Shown: piece by piece, positions 55,309 through 63,367 of the stretch
How positions within the stretch are numbered: position 1 is the stretch's first letter
Layout of the letters: each line of letters begins with the position of its first letter
From: a virus
IMG/VR virus record: IMGVR_UViG_3300008216_000011
Coordinates: 7,602 to 71,601 of that record
DNA length: 64,000 bases
Strand: one strand, 5' to 3'
Translations under genes and position numbers: made by a program
The notes under the pieces: generated by a model
What the model saw: the letters and a program-made list of their open reading frames with translations, nothing else
What the model was told of the DNA's origin: nothing
The model's database searches: none

Positions 55309-55507
55309 CTTGGTAAAAGCAATCCCACTCGCAAAGTGGGATGTAAACCCTGACGATTACACCCAAATTGGTGTTGTAGCTAAGCTGGGCATTGATAGTG
55401 AACTGCTGCCCGATCCTGATAAGATTGTACTCCTTAACTTTGGGCATGATGATGGATTCTTTCGCATATGCGACTGGAAGTTTGAGGTAATCAATGAAAA
55501 TCGGTGA
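55295..55507 (+). CDS. KOW/SH3-like cassette gene
   Basis: MKVGDLV...FEVINENR. Confidence 0.8.
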   Translation: MKVGDLVKAIPLAKWDVNPDDYTQIGVVAKLGIDSELLPDPDKIVLLNFGHDDGFFRICDWKFEVINENR

Positions 55508-55694
55508 CTTGGTAAAGTATGATGTATCCCTGAGCGGATTAGAAGAGTGCGTCGGTATTATTGTGGCGCAGAATGGAATGGAAGCCTTTGATGTTAGGTG
55601 GAATGACCGACATTCCAAGTTACAAGACATAGCTGCTAACGAAATTAGCACAGAGTTAAAAGAGTTTTTGGAGGTTGTAAGTGAAAATCGGTGA
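55494..55694 (+). CDS. KOW/SH3-like cassette gene
   Basis: MKIGDLV...LEVVSENR; close relative of 51659. Confidence 0.8.
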   Translation: MKIGDLVKYDVSLSGLEECVGIIVAQNGMEAFDVRWNDRHSKLQDIAANEISTELKEFLEVVSENR

Positions 55695-55881
55695 CTTGGT
55701 AAAGTTTTCTGGGACTAGCGGAAACTTGGCCGGCTGGGATTACACGGGCATTCTCGTGAAGGTTTCGAAACCCACGGGCCTAGGGAAGCCGATTGCAACG
55801 GTTTTTTGGAATGCGGCCCACGGTCAGGTTCAGCACCATCCCCTAGTAGAGCAGTTGGAGGTTGTAAGTGAAAATCGGTGA
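55681..55881 (+). CDS. KOW/SH3-like cassette gene
   Basis: MKIGDLV...LEVVSENR. Confidence 0.8.
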   Translation: MKIGDLVKFSGTSGNLAGWDYTGILVKVSKPTGLGKPIATVFWNAAHGQVQHHPLVEQLEVVSENR

Positions 55882-56041
55882 TTTAGTAAAAACATCCTGC
55901 TTCGGCCCACGTTACAGTCGCGGCGAGGTCGGCGTACTTGTTAAGCCATATGGGAGAGTGCCGCGCTGTTGGGTGGTGCTCTTCGGGAACGTCGAGGAAG
56001 TAGTTGCAGTAGACGGACTGGATCTAATTAATACAGCCTAG
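55868..56041 (+). CDS. KOW/SH3-like cassette gene (not in ORF track)
   Basis: 57 aa MKIGDLVKTSCFG...LDLINTA. Confidence 0.7.
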   Translation: MKIGDLVKTSCFGPRYSRGEVGVLVKPYGRVPRCWVVLFGNVEEVVAVDGLDLINTA

Positions 56042-56045
56042 CGAT

Positions 56046-56132
56046 AAAACTTTTATTTGACAATAAAGTTTTAGCTATTGACTTCTGCCTTGCACTCAGG
56101 CATAATAAGAGAGTGAAAGGGCAATCAAGCCC
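56046..56132 (+). promoter_or_regulatory. Palindrome + promoter + leader hairpin module copy 4
   Basis: Palindrome; TTGACT-17-CATAAT; AGAGAGTG; GGGC-AATCAA-GCCC. Confidence 0.85.
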
Positions 56133-56146
56133 AGAGGATACATAAT

Positions 56147-56365
56147 ATGAAGCTTACTGATACTGAAATTGAAATCCTTCTTGACGTTACTTCGACGCAT
56201 ATTGTGCGCGCAGAGGACGGGCAACCAGTGGCGCAAGACTGGATGGTTGGAGATGTTGAATCTGTTATGCAGTCTCTCTGCCGAGAGGTCGAAGACCGCC
56301 GCGACCCTGGCTGCGCTAGCGCATTCGCCAACCAAATTGATCTTTTTGACATCAACAACCTTTAA
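56147..56365 (+). CDS. Small acidic hypothetical protein
   Basis: GAGG SD after the promoter module. Confidence 0.6.
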   Translation: MKLTDTEIEILLDVTSTHIVRAEDGQPVAQDWMVGDVESVMQSLCREVEDRRDPGCASAFANQIDLFDINNL

Positions 56366-56378
56366 TTGGAATTTTAAA

Positions 56379-56504
56379 ATGGAACTTTGGAATACGTGTA
56401 ATTCTCTTCGATACGGATTTGACGAAAACTATGACAGACCATCATACGAGGATGAAGAAGCAATTGATGAAACTCAAGATGAAGATCGCGAAGAACAAGT
56501 CTAA
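56379..56504 (+). CDS. Very acidic 41-aa peptide
   Basis: MELWNTCNSLRYGFDENYDRPSYEDEEAIDETQDEDREEQV. Confidence 0.4.
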   Translation: MELWNTCNSLRYGFDENYDRPSYEDEEAIDETQDEDREEQV

Positions 56505-56593
56505 CTTTTATTGTCGATTTTGTGGCTGGAGTAGTCATAAGCAGCGGAATAGTTGCCCGTCTTGTTATAGCAGTGTACCACTAAAAGAACGAT

Positions 56594-56680
56594 AAAACTT
56601 TTATTTGACAATAAAGTTTTAGCTATTGACTTTGCTAGCGCGATCAGGCATAATAAGAGAGTGAAAGGGCAATCAAGCCC
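56594..56680 (+). promoter_or_regulatory. Palindrome + promoter + leader hairpin module copy 5
   Basis: Palindrome; TTGACT-17-CATAAT; GGGC-AATCAA-GCCC. Confidence 0.85.
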
Positions 56681-56694
56681 ATGGGGACAGGTCA

Positions 56695-56910
56695 ATGATA
56701 ACGGATCCAATGATTCAAGTGGGCACGCTATTGCAGTTTTATGGCGGAACTCCCGACGGAGACTGCACCGGGCTGGTGCTTAAGATTGGTTGGGACGGAG
56801 CGCCAACGATCTTGTGGTCAGACACGACTACTCCCCAACTTCACGAGCCCGATGGTTGCAAGCAGGCACTGTTTGACGGCACGTGGGAAATTCTTAACCA
56901 GTGTGATTAA
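56695..56910 (+). CDS. KOW/SH3-like small protein
   Basis: IQVGTLL...GLVL...ILW...WEILN. Confidence 0.6.
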   Translation: MITDPMIQVGTLLQFYGGTPDGDCTGLVLKIGWDGAPTILWSDTTTPQLHEPDGCKQALFDGTWEILNQCD

Positions 56911-56995
56911 AACTTTTATTTGACAATAAAGTTTTAGCTATTGACTTCTGCCTTGCACTCAGGCATAATAAGAGAGTGGAAGGGCGCTCAAGCCC
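56909..56995 (+). promoter_or_regulatory. Palindrome + promoter + leader hairpin module copy 6
   Basis: Near-identical to 56046 over ~70 bp; GGGC-GCTCAA-GCCC. Confidence 0.85.
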
Positions 56996-57011
56996 AAACG
57001 GAGATTAGAAA

Positions 57012-57794
57012 ATGTCTTATAAGCGAACTGTACACTGCTCTTACTGCTACAACACCGGCCACAATCGGCGCGGCTGCCCCGATCTCAAAAAGTTTATCAA
57101 GGAGAACCCTGATAGCTATGTCGCCAAGCGCGCCGAATCCCGTAAGGCTAGCCAGCGGCCGCGCAAGTGCTCTTACTGCGCTACCCCGGGCCACACCCGC
57201 CGTACCTGCGAGAAGTTTAAGACGAATCGTCAGATCTTCATCGACGATGCGCTGCTTTACCGGCGAGCCTTCAAGGCATGGGCAGATAAGGTTGGCCTAG
57301 GCATTGGCGCACTAGTGGAATACGAAGGAGTGCAGCACATAGACCGCGACGGGAACTGGACATATGATAATGATGCTAAGGTGCTGATGATGGTCACTCA
57401 CTTAGATGCTGACGACCATGATATCAGCACTCATCGCAGTATCGTTAGCCGGCATGCGCTTTCTCCGTTGATTGGCCGGCCGATCTGGATGGATGCAACA
57501 TCGAGCAAGGGTAGAATGCGGCTGCGGCTCCCAGAGATCCCGGGAGTCTCGCCGGCTACCTTCGCCGATCACTGGGACAGCCAACGTCAGCGCGGAGTTG
57601 AACGAAGCTTCAAGATTGTTTCCCCTGCACCGGGCGAGATCCCTGAGTCGTACTTATCTCTGGACAATATTGTTGCAATGGCAGACGAGGTATTTAAACC
57701 AAAGGCTGCCCATGGCCAAATGCACTACGATACCAAGATTTGCGACGAGCAGCGCGCTGCACTAGTACAGGCAGCAGATCTCGACGCGGGATAA
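57012..57794 (+). CDS. Protein with two CCHC zinc knuckles
   Basis: CSYCYNTGHNRRGC and CSYCATPGHTRRTC. Confidence 0.8.
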   Translation: MSYKRTVHCSYCYNTGHNRRGCPDLKKFIKENPDSYVAKRAESRKASQRPRKCSYCATPGHTRRTCEKFKTNRQIFIDDALLYRRAFKAWADKVGLGIGALVEYEGVQHIDRDGNWTYDNDAKVLMMVTHLDADDHDISTHRSIVSRHALSPLIGRPIWMDATSSKGRMRLRLPEIPGVSPATFADHWDSQRQRGVERSFKIVSPAPGEIPESYLSLDNIVAMADEVFKPKAAHGQMHYDTKICDEQRAALVQAADLDAG

Positions 57795-57868
57795 ACTAGA
57801 CACCCTAAAACTAATAATATCAACAAGTTAAGTACACTAAAAAAGTTTTCACTAAAAAGTAAAAATAC

Positions 57869-57924
57869 TTGCAATTCACCCCCCACTGGGGTATACTTAG
57901 AGAGTGGAAGGGCACTTAAGCCCA
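57869..57924 (+). promoter_or_regulatory. sigma70 promoter + leader hairpin (no palindrome)
   Basis: TTGCAA-17-TATACT; AGAGAGTG; GGGC-ACTTAA-GCCC. Confidence 0.75.
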
Positions 57925-57940
57925 CTAGGAGACGACAAAC

Positions 57941-59029
57941 ATGGCTATTGACTTCAAAACTTTCGGCAACATCACTTCTCACATTACAGACCAGCGTCTC
58001 CCCGTCCTTTTGCGCGGCCGACACGGCATTGGTAAGTCGCAGGTGGTGTACCAGTTCGCGGCAACCCTTGGCCTCCCGGTCGTAGAGCGCCGCGCGTCTC
58101 AAATGACTGAGGGTGACCTTCTTGGCCTCCCTAACGTTGCCGACGACGACGCGACCGGACTCCCGGTCACTACGTTCAACGCGCCTGACTGGCTGCACAC
58201 TGCTAGCACTCAGGCTGTCGTCCTCTTCCTCGATGAAGTCGACCGGGCAACCCCAGAGGTTCGCCAGGGTATCTTCGAACTCACTGACTCGCGTAAGATT
58301 GCTGGTCGCACTCTGCACCCCGATACTCTGATCTTCGCTGCCGTCAATGGTGGCGAGCACGGGTCGCAGTATCAGGTCGGCGAGATGGACCCTGCCGAAC
58401 TTGACCGCTGGGTCTGCTTCGATGTCGAGCCCACGGTAGAAGATTGGCTCACGTGGGGTAAGGAAAACGTTGATAGCGTTGTCTGGGACTTCATTAACCA
58501 GAACCGCGATCACCTTGAGCATGGTGGAGAGTTTGAGCCCAACAAGGTTTATCCTTCCCGCCGATCCTGGCAGCGTCTCAACGATGTTTTGACCACTGCT
58601 GGTCTGCTGACTGCCAACGAAACGACCGCAGCGTTGTTCCCGATTGCTGCTAGCATCGTCGGCTTCGAAGCTGCTGTTTCGTTCAACGACTTTGTTGCAA
58701 ACTACGACCGTCAGCTGACCGTCGAGAATATTCTGGTCGACGGCATGATTGAAAAGACTGCCGAGTGGGGAATCAACGACCACTGCGCGATGATTGAAAA
58801 GTTCACTGGTGCAGACATCTTCACTAACAGCTTGGACGAGAACCGTATCAACAATCTTGCGCGATACTTCGTTAGCCTGCCCTCTGAGGCAGCAATGAAG
58901 CTTTGGAGCGCACTGGGCCAAGGGGCGACGGAGAACACGATTGCTCTGCACAAGGCCCGCGTTGGCGACCAGTCAGTGTCTCAGTACATCGTTGACATCC
59001 TCACTGGAGGCGACGAAGCTTCCAGCTAA
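57941..59029 (+). CDS. MoxR-like AAA+ ATPase
   Basis: Walker A GRHGIGKS, GDLLGLP, Walker B LFLDEVDR, AAVN, MDPAELDR, PSRRSW. Confidence 0.88.
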   Translation: MAIDFKTFGNITSHITDQRLPVLLRGRHGIGKSQVVYQFAATLGLPVVERRASQMTEGDLLGLPNVADDDATGLPVTTFNAPDWLHTASTQAVVLFLDEVDRATPEVRQGIFELTDSRKIAGRTLHPDTLIFAAVNGGEHGSQYQVGEMDPAELDRWVCFDVEPTVEDWLTWGKENVDSVVWDFINQNRDHLEHGGEFEPNKVYPSRRSWQRLNDVLTTAGLLTANETTAALFPIAASIVGFEAAVSFNDFVANYDRQLTVENILVDGMIEKTAEWGINDHCAMIEKFTGADIFTNSLDENRINNLARYFVSLPSEAAMKLWSALGQGATENTIALHKARVGDQSVSQYIVDILTGGDEASS

Positions 59030-59041
59030 TCACAGTGCAGG

Positions 59042-59065
59042 GGTCCCCGGCTTCGGCCGGGGGCC
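59042..59065 (+). other. Strong UUCG hairpin without T-tract
   Basis: GGTCCCCGGC-TTCG-GCCGGGGGCC. Confidence 0.6.
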
Positions 59066-59076
59066 GAGAGGTAAAT

Positions 59077-59286
59077 ATGAAAGAAAAGAACATAGAAGAA
59101 GTAATCATCGATCTGGACCGGGCAATCGAGTCCTCCGATTGGGGCGAAGTACGTACGCTGTGGGAGTCCTACAGCACTAGTGAGTTTGGCCTGTCGGAGT
59201 GGATCCACCTACACCAAATCGTCGGTGGAATTCGGTTGGCCAATGCGCTAGCGCAGTCAATCACCCCGCCGCCAGAAGATGAATAA
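59077..59286 (+). CDS. Hypothetical small protein
   Basis: GAGG SD. Confidence 0.6.
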   Translation: MKEKNIEEVIIDLDRAIESSDWGEVRTLWESYSTSEFGLSEWIHLHQIVGGIRLANALAQSITPPPEDE

Positions 59287-59427
59287 AAACAACTAGTTAC
59301 ACGTTACTTCAGAACAAAACATAGCAATTACAACAACTTAGAGTCCTATATCTTATTTGAATAACTAGTTATTATGCTTGCAATTCGGCTGAAACTCAGG
59401 CATAATAAGAGAGTAGGGAGTTACTTA

Positions 59428-60708
59428 ATGACTGACGAATCCAAAACTTTTGACCTTAACATGCACGTTGCGCGACTACTGCGCGATGAGCCCTTTTTTG
59501 CTGCACTCAGCCGACGCGTCGACAAGGTAGCCTCCGATGCCGTGCCGACGGCTGGTGTCCGAGTGACCGAAGAAGGTAAGCTGGAAATGGCTTACAACAC
59601 TCAGTTTTTCGCCGGCCTTACTGATGTTCAGCGAGCCGGAGTACTCAAGCATGAGTTCTACCACCTTGTTTTCGAACATGTTACGGGTCGACTTCCAGAA
59701 AAGAAGATGACGAAAATCTGGAACATCGCGACAGACTTGGCTATCAACTCCCACTTGCAGGGACAGCTGCCCGAAGCATGCTGCATGCCCGGCGAAGGAC
59801 CCTTCAAGAATCTTCCGGCGGGCCAGTCTGCCGAGTGGTACCTTAAAGCCCTGAAGGATATGCAGAAAGAGCAGGAAGAGAACGAAGGCGAAGGCCAGCA
59901 GGGCAACAACCCCGGCGACGACTGCGAAGGCGAAGGCGGAGGCCAAGGTCAGGGCGAAGGCGAAGGTCAGGGCGAAGGCCAAGGCCAAGGTAACGGATCC
60001 TGGGAGGACCAGCAGTTTGATGATCACGGCGGCTGGGCCGAGGGTAGCGACGAAGCAAAGCAGATTGCTAAGGAACGAATTAAAGAATACATCAAGGATG
60101 CTGCCGAGGAGGCTAGCGCATCGCGCGGCTGGGGTACCGTCTCTAGCAGCGTACGCAAGCAGATCCTAGATTCCATCCGCTCAACGGTCGACTGGAAGAA
60201 GGTCCTCCGCTACTTCATCAAGACCTCTCAGCGCGCCAACAAGCGTTCTACTGTGCGCCGGCTGAACAAGCGCTACCCCTACCAGCACCCGGGTTCTAAG
60301 GTGCTTCGACAGGCCAACATCGCTATCAGCGTCGATCAGTCTGGGTCGGTAAGTGACAAGATGCTAGCAGCGTTCTTCTCGGAACTGAACAAGCTGGCCA
60401 ATGTCGCGACCTTCACGGTCGTACCGTTCGATACTCGCGTTGACGAGTCGAAGGTCTACGTCTGGAAGAAGGGCGAAACCCGCAAGCGAGAACGAGTGCT
60501 TTACGGTGGCACCGACTTCAACGCGCCGACAAAGTTTGTCAACGCTGGCAAGTTCGACGGACACATTGTTTTGACCGACATGGAGGCTCCTAAGCCTATC
60601 GCTAGCAATTGCCAGCGTATGTGGATGACCAGCGAACGACATGCCCAGCGACCCTACTTCAAGACGACTGAACGCGTGATTGGAATCAAGATCCCAGAGG
60701 GCCGATAA
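59428..60708 (+). CDS. Metallopeptidase-like + vWA domain protein (MoxR partner, DUF2201-like)
   Basis: HEFYH (HExxH), NIATDLAIN, G/E/Q-rich linker, MIDAS DQSGS, GGTDF, LTD; promoter TTGCAA-17-CATAAT at 59378. Confidence 0.85.
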   Translation: MTDESKTFDLNMHVARLLRDEPFFAALSRRVDKVASDAVPTAGVRVTEEGKLEMAYNTQFFAGLTDVQRAGVLKHEFYHLVFEHVTGRLPEKKMTKIWNIATDLAINSHLQGQLPEACCMPGEGPFKNLPAGQSAEWYLKALKDMQKEQEENEGEGQQGNNPGDDCEGEGGGQGQGEGEGQGEGQGQGNGSWEDQQFDDHGGWAEGSDEAKQIAKERIKEYIKDAAEEASASRGWGTVSSSVRKQILDSIRSTVDWKKVLRYFIKTSQRANKRSTVRRLNKRYPYQHPGSKVLRQANIAISVDQSGSVSDKMLAAFFSELNKLANVATFTVVPFDTRVDESKVYVWKKGETRKRERVLYGGTDFNAPTKFVNAGKFDGHIVLTDMEAPKPIASNCQRMWMTSERHAQRPYFKTTERVIGIKIPEGR

Positions 60709-60791
60709 CTTTTATTTGAGAATAAAGTTATAGCCATTGACTTTGCCTCGTTTCGCAGGTATAATTAAAGAGTAAGTGGGCAATGAAGCCC
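60706..60791 (+). promoter_or_regulatory. Palindrome + promoter + leader hairpin module (variant)
   Basis: TAACTTTTATT-TGAG-AATAAAGTTA; TTGACT-17-TATAAT; GGGC-AATGAA-GCCC. Confidence 0.8.
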
Positions 60792-60805
60792 GGGAGATCT
60801 GCACC

Positions 60806-61573
60806 ATGACACTAGCGATTCGCAAAGCACTCACCGCAAACGGCTTCAAAGTACACAACAACAAGGCGGATGAGCTTGTGGCTAGCAAGTTTCACTCGTC
60901 CATTCGGAACGTCCGCATCGTCTTCAATGCCGGGATTGACAAGAGCACCGGGAAGGCGATTGCTGGCAAGCACGCGCAGTTTAAGGCAGTGTTCATCAAC
61001 AACCAGAGTCAGTGGCGCACGATTGCGACCGGGAGCACCTTTAAGGGCTCCACTCGCTTTGCCTCTGCGTTGATTGCCATCGAGGTCGGAGCCGAGGGTG
61101 CATCGGCCTGCAAGTGCGGAGCAAAGAAGTTCAAGGCAAAGTCTGGAAAAGTTGTTTGCGCGAATGCGTGCTGGGCCAACAACGGCTGGAGCCGCAAGAA
61201 GAAGGCTAGCAACAAGCCAGCAGCTGCTAAGGCACCGAAGGGAGCTAGCGCTAGCCTGAGGACACCGCGCAAGAAGACGAAAGCTACACGTGCCCCAGCG
61301 CGCCCTACCAAGCGCCCACGCATCCGCGAGGGTGAGAACGTGGCTGTTGAGCAGTTTCACGTTGGCCAGCTGGTCAAGATAATGGGACCCGCAGCTGGTG
61401 GCATGGGAGTTGTTGTAGGGGTCGAGGAGCACGGGGAAGTGACGCGGAACACCCGCTTGATTCGCGAGTCTCAGTTTATCACTGTACGTCTTATGTCCGG
61501 CGAGACTAAATCAGCATGGAATTACCGTATCACAACTGACGAGTACCTAGTCTACTTCACGGCAGCGTCATAA
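60806..61573 (+). CDS. Basic protein with Zn ribbon, K/A-rich linker and C-terminal KOW-like domain
   Basis: CKCG...CANAC; FHVGQLVKI...GVVV. Confidence 0.7.
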   Translation: MTLAIRKALTANGFKVHNNKADELVASKFHSSIRNVRIVFNAGIDKSTGKAIAGKHAQFKAVFINNQSQWRTIATGSTFKGSTRFASALIAIEVGAEGASACKCGAKKFKAKSGKVVCANACWANNGWSRKKKASNKPAAAKAPKGASASLRTPRKKTKATRAPARPTKRPRIREGENVAVEQFHVGQLVKIMGPAAGGMGVVVGVEEHGEVTRNTRLIRESQFITVRLMSGETKSAWNYRITTDEYLVYFTAAS

Positions 61574-61575
61574 AC

Positions 61576-61866
61576 ATGGCCGATAGCTCTAAACAAAAGA
61601 CTCCTAATGCAGCTGCGCTTGAGGCTCCTAGCTTCGAACGCGTGAGGTTTAACGTTGGAGATCTTGTAGAGGTCAACGACAGGGGAAGAGAATTAAACAG
61701 TCCAGAGGAATTCTTTGCGAATCTCCCCGGGATTGTCATCGCAGTTGTCCCGCACCATGGTACTTGGCGCAACGCCCCGCGAGTGGTGACTGTACATCAT
61801 GGCGGAATTGAGCGCATGGCATGGGACGAAGAATATTTAATTAAACTAGGAGAAGGAGAGAGTTAA
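61576..61866 (+). CDS. KOW/SH3-like small protein
   Basis: FNVGDLVEV...GIVI. Confidence 0.7.
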   Translation: MADSSKQKTPNAAALEAPSFERVRFNVGDLVEVNDRGRELNSPEEFFANLPGIVIAVVPHHGTWRNAPRVVTVHHGGIERMAWDEEYLIKLGEGES

Positions 61867-61902
61867 GTTAGTTTGGAAAGTAGTTAGAGAAGGAGAGTTA
61901 AC

Positions 61903-62145
61903 ATGTATTTTTTCGAAATAGGAGACGAGGTAGTACACCTAGACTATATTAGCTGGGGTACCTGCACTGTCCACGATATCAACCCCGTTGAGGAAGACGA
62001 GGCAGCTGGCCCATACGCCATACGACTAGGCGACGTTGAGAGCGAGAACCTAACGTTCCTTTATGGAGTGAGAGAAGAAAAACTCATCCACGTTAAATTC
62101 CTTCATGAGACTATGAACAAAACTAACGAGAGCGAAGAAGAATAA
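61903..62145 (+). CDS. KOW/SH3-like small protein
   Basis: FEIGDEVVH..WGT; AAGGAG SD. Confidence 0.65.
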   Translation: MYFFEIGDEVVHLDYISWGTCTVHDINPVEEDEAAGPYAIRLGDVESENLTFLYGVREEKLIHVKFLHETMNKTNESEEE

Positions 62146-62158
62146 AAAGATAAAACCA

Positions 62159-62449
62159 ATGACAACAAGAGACTTAAAACCGGGAGACTTAATAAAAGCT
62201 AGATTCTCAGGATCTGTAGGTAAGTTTGCAAGGTACGAAAATAAAATAGGTGTAGTAACAAAGTGCTATAAGGTGAGACGCTACGTAATACAATGGCAAG
62301 ACAAAGAAGAACCAGAATACGGTTGGTCTGAGTTTGATTTAAAAACCATTGAGCCTAACCCTCATCCAGAAACCTGCCCCTGCGAACCTTGCATAGACAC
62401 TAGCAACCAGCAATTGCCAGATATAGAGAATGATATAAGTGGTGTATAG
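62159..62449 (+). CDS. KOW/SH3-like small protein with CPCEPC tail
   Basis: LKPGDLI...GVV...IQW. Confidence 0.65.
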   Translation: MTTRDLKPGDLIKARFSGSVGKFARYENKIGVVTKCYKVRRYVIQWQDKEEPEYGWSEFDLKTIEPNPHPETCPCEPCIDTSNQQLPDIENDISGV

Positions 62450-62566
62450 TTGCTAGCTTACGGCATTATATGTTAGTTATTTATTAATATATGCTTTATA
62501 GCGTCTGCGCTGATGGCCTGCTGAATGACAGCGACTTAGTACACCCCCACAACACCAATGTCAAGC

Positions 62567-62635
62567 TGTGAGTTTGTGAGCAGGTATTGTGAGTATATAT
62601 CATGAGTTTGTGAGTATTCTAAGCAGCGATGTGAG
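62567..62635. repeat. TGTGAG hexamer cluster 1
   Basis: TGTGAG at 62567, 62575, 62588, 62609, 62630; CATGAG at 62601. Confidence 0.7.
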
Positions 62636-62732
62636 TAATTAGCCCCAATATTGGCCAATAATCACGCAGAGAGCGGAAATAGCATTAAAAAAAAGTATAA
62701 TGAATTCAACCACTTAATAAAGGTTCTACTTA

Positions 62733-62984
62733 ATGGAGATAAAAACTCACAGTCAAATCTCAGCGAAATCAGGCAGTATCGCGCAGGAAACCGCGCCCTT
62801 TGCCGTCGGTCAGCTTGTGAGTCTCAGCGATAGCTTCTACTTCTCCAACGAGGATATTGGCGACGAGTGCGGTATCATTGTGTCAGTACACAAAGAGATG
62901 TATGAGTGGGCAGCGTACGTACACATACAACGCCTAGGCCGAACATTATACTTTGCGCAGAGTGAATTGATATTAATAAACTAG
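62733..62984 (+). CDS. KOW/SH3-like small protein
   Basis: FAVGQLV...GIIV...SELILIN. Confidence 0.55.
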   Translation: MEIKTHSQISAKSGSIAQETAPFAVGQLVSLSDSFYFSNEDIGDECGIIVSVHKEMYEWAAYVHIQRLGRTLYFAQSELILIN

Positions 62985-63289
62985 TTACATGGCTAGGTGT
63001 AGCAACCAACACGACGCTAACCGGGTTTTCTAGTTGCCCGTCAGTCTGAGGTTGTTGGGAAAGTTGTTATAAAGATGTTACAGGGTGGGCAAAATAACAT
63101 TTATAAACTATATACGTTATCATGCAATTGCTTCCACGATTTATACGAGAGTCAGAGCGTACCTTCTGGGTTAGCTGCTTAATTACTCAGCAATGCATAT
63201 GGACTATTCTACAAGCACTATAACAATGTATGAATTCATAGCTATCTGCGCAGCTGCATGCGTACTCTCCACTATATTACCTCCGGCCT

Positions 63290-63367
63290 TGTGAGTTGTG
63301 AGCCGTGATCTTGTGAGCTATGCAATCCGTGAGTTCATGAGCTTTGTGATCTTCAGATTAACTCACA
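63290..63367. repeat. TGTGAG hexamer cluster 2
   Basis: TGTGAG at 63290, 63297, 63312; variants at 63304, 63328, 63336, 63345; inverted CTCACA at 63362. Confidence 0.7.

Larger units (their letters stand above)
50951..55890 (+). repeat. Dispersed ~35-bp gene-junction repeat TTGGAGGTTGTAARTGAAARTCGGTGACTTGGTAA
   Basis: Copies at 50951, 51646, 51839, 52047, 52234, 52424, 55282, 55481, 55668, 55855; degenerate at ~50746, ~51135, ~53059, ~53373. Confidence 0.9.

Noticed and set aside
50951-55890. CRISPR array (~35-bp periodic repeats)
   Set aside because: Intervening segments are ~155 bp and are homologous ORFs, the repeats are coding and non-palindromic, and no cas genes are in the window.
41169-56041. 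Diversity-generating retroelement behind the variable mini-genes
   Set aside because: No reverse transcriptase and no template/variable repeat pair differing only at adenines.
57725-58951. 408-aa minus-strand ORF and the other minus-strand ORFs in the track
   Set aside because: Antisense shadows of well-supported + strand genes with no recognisable motifs.
50529-60791. Classical integron attC cassettes
   Set aside because: No RYYYAAC...GTTRRRY bottom-strand hairpin architecture and no tyrosine integrase in the window; the palindrome sits at a fixed distance from promoters, like an operator.
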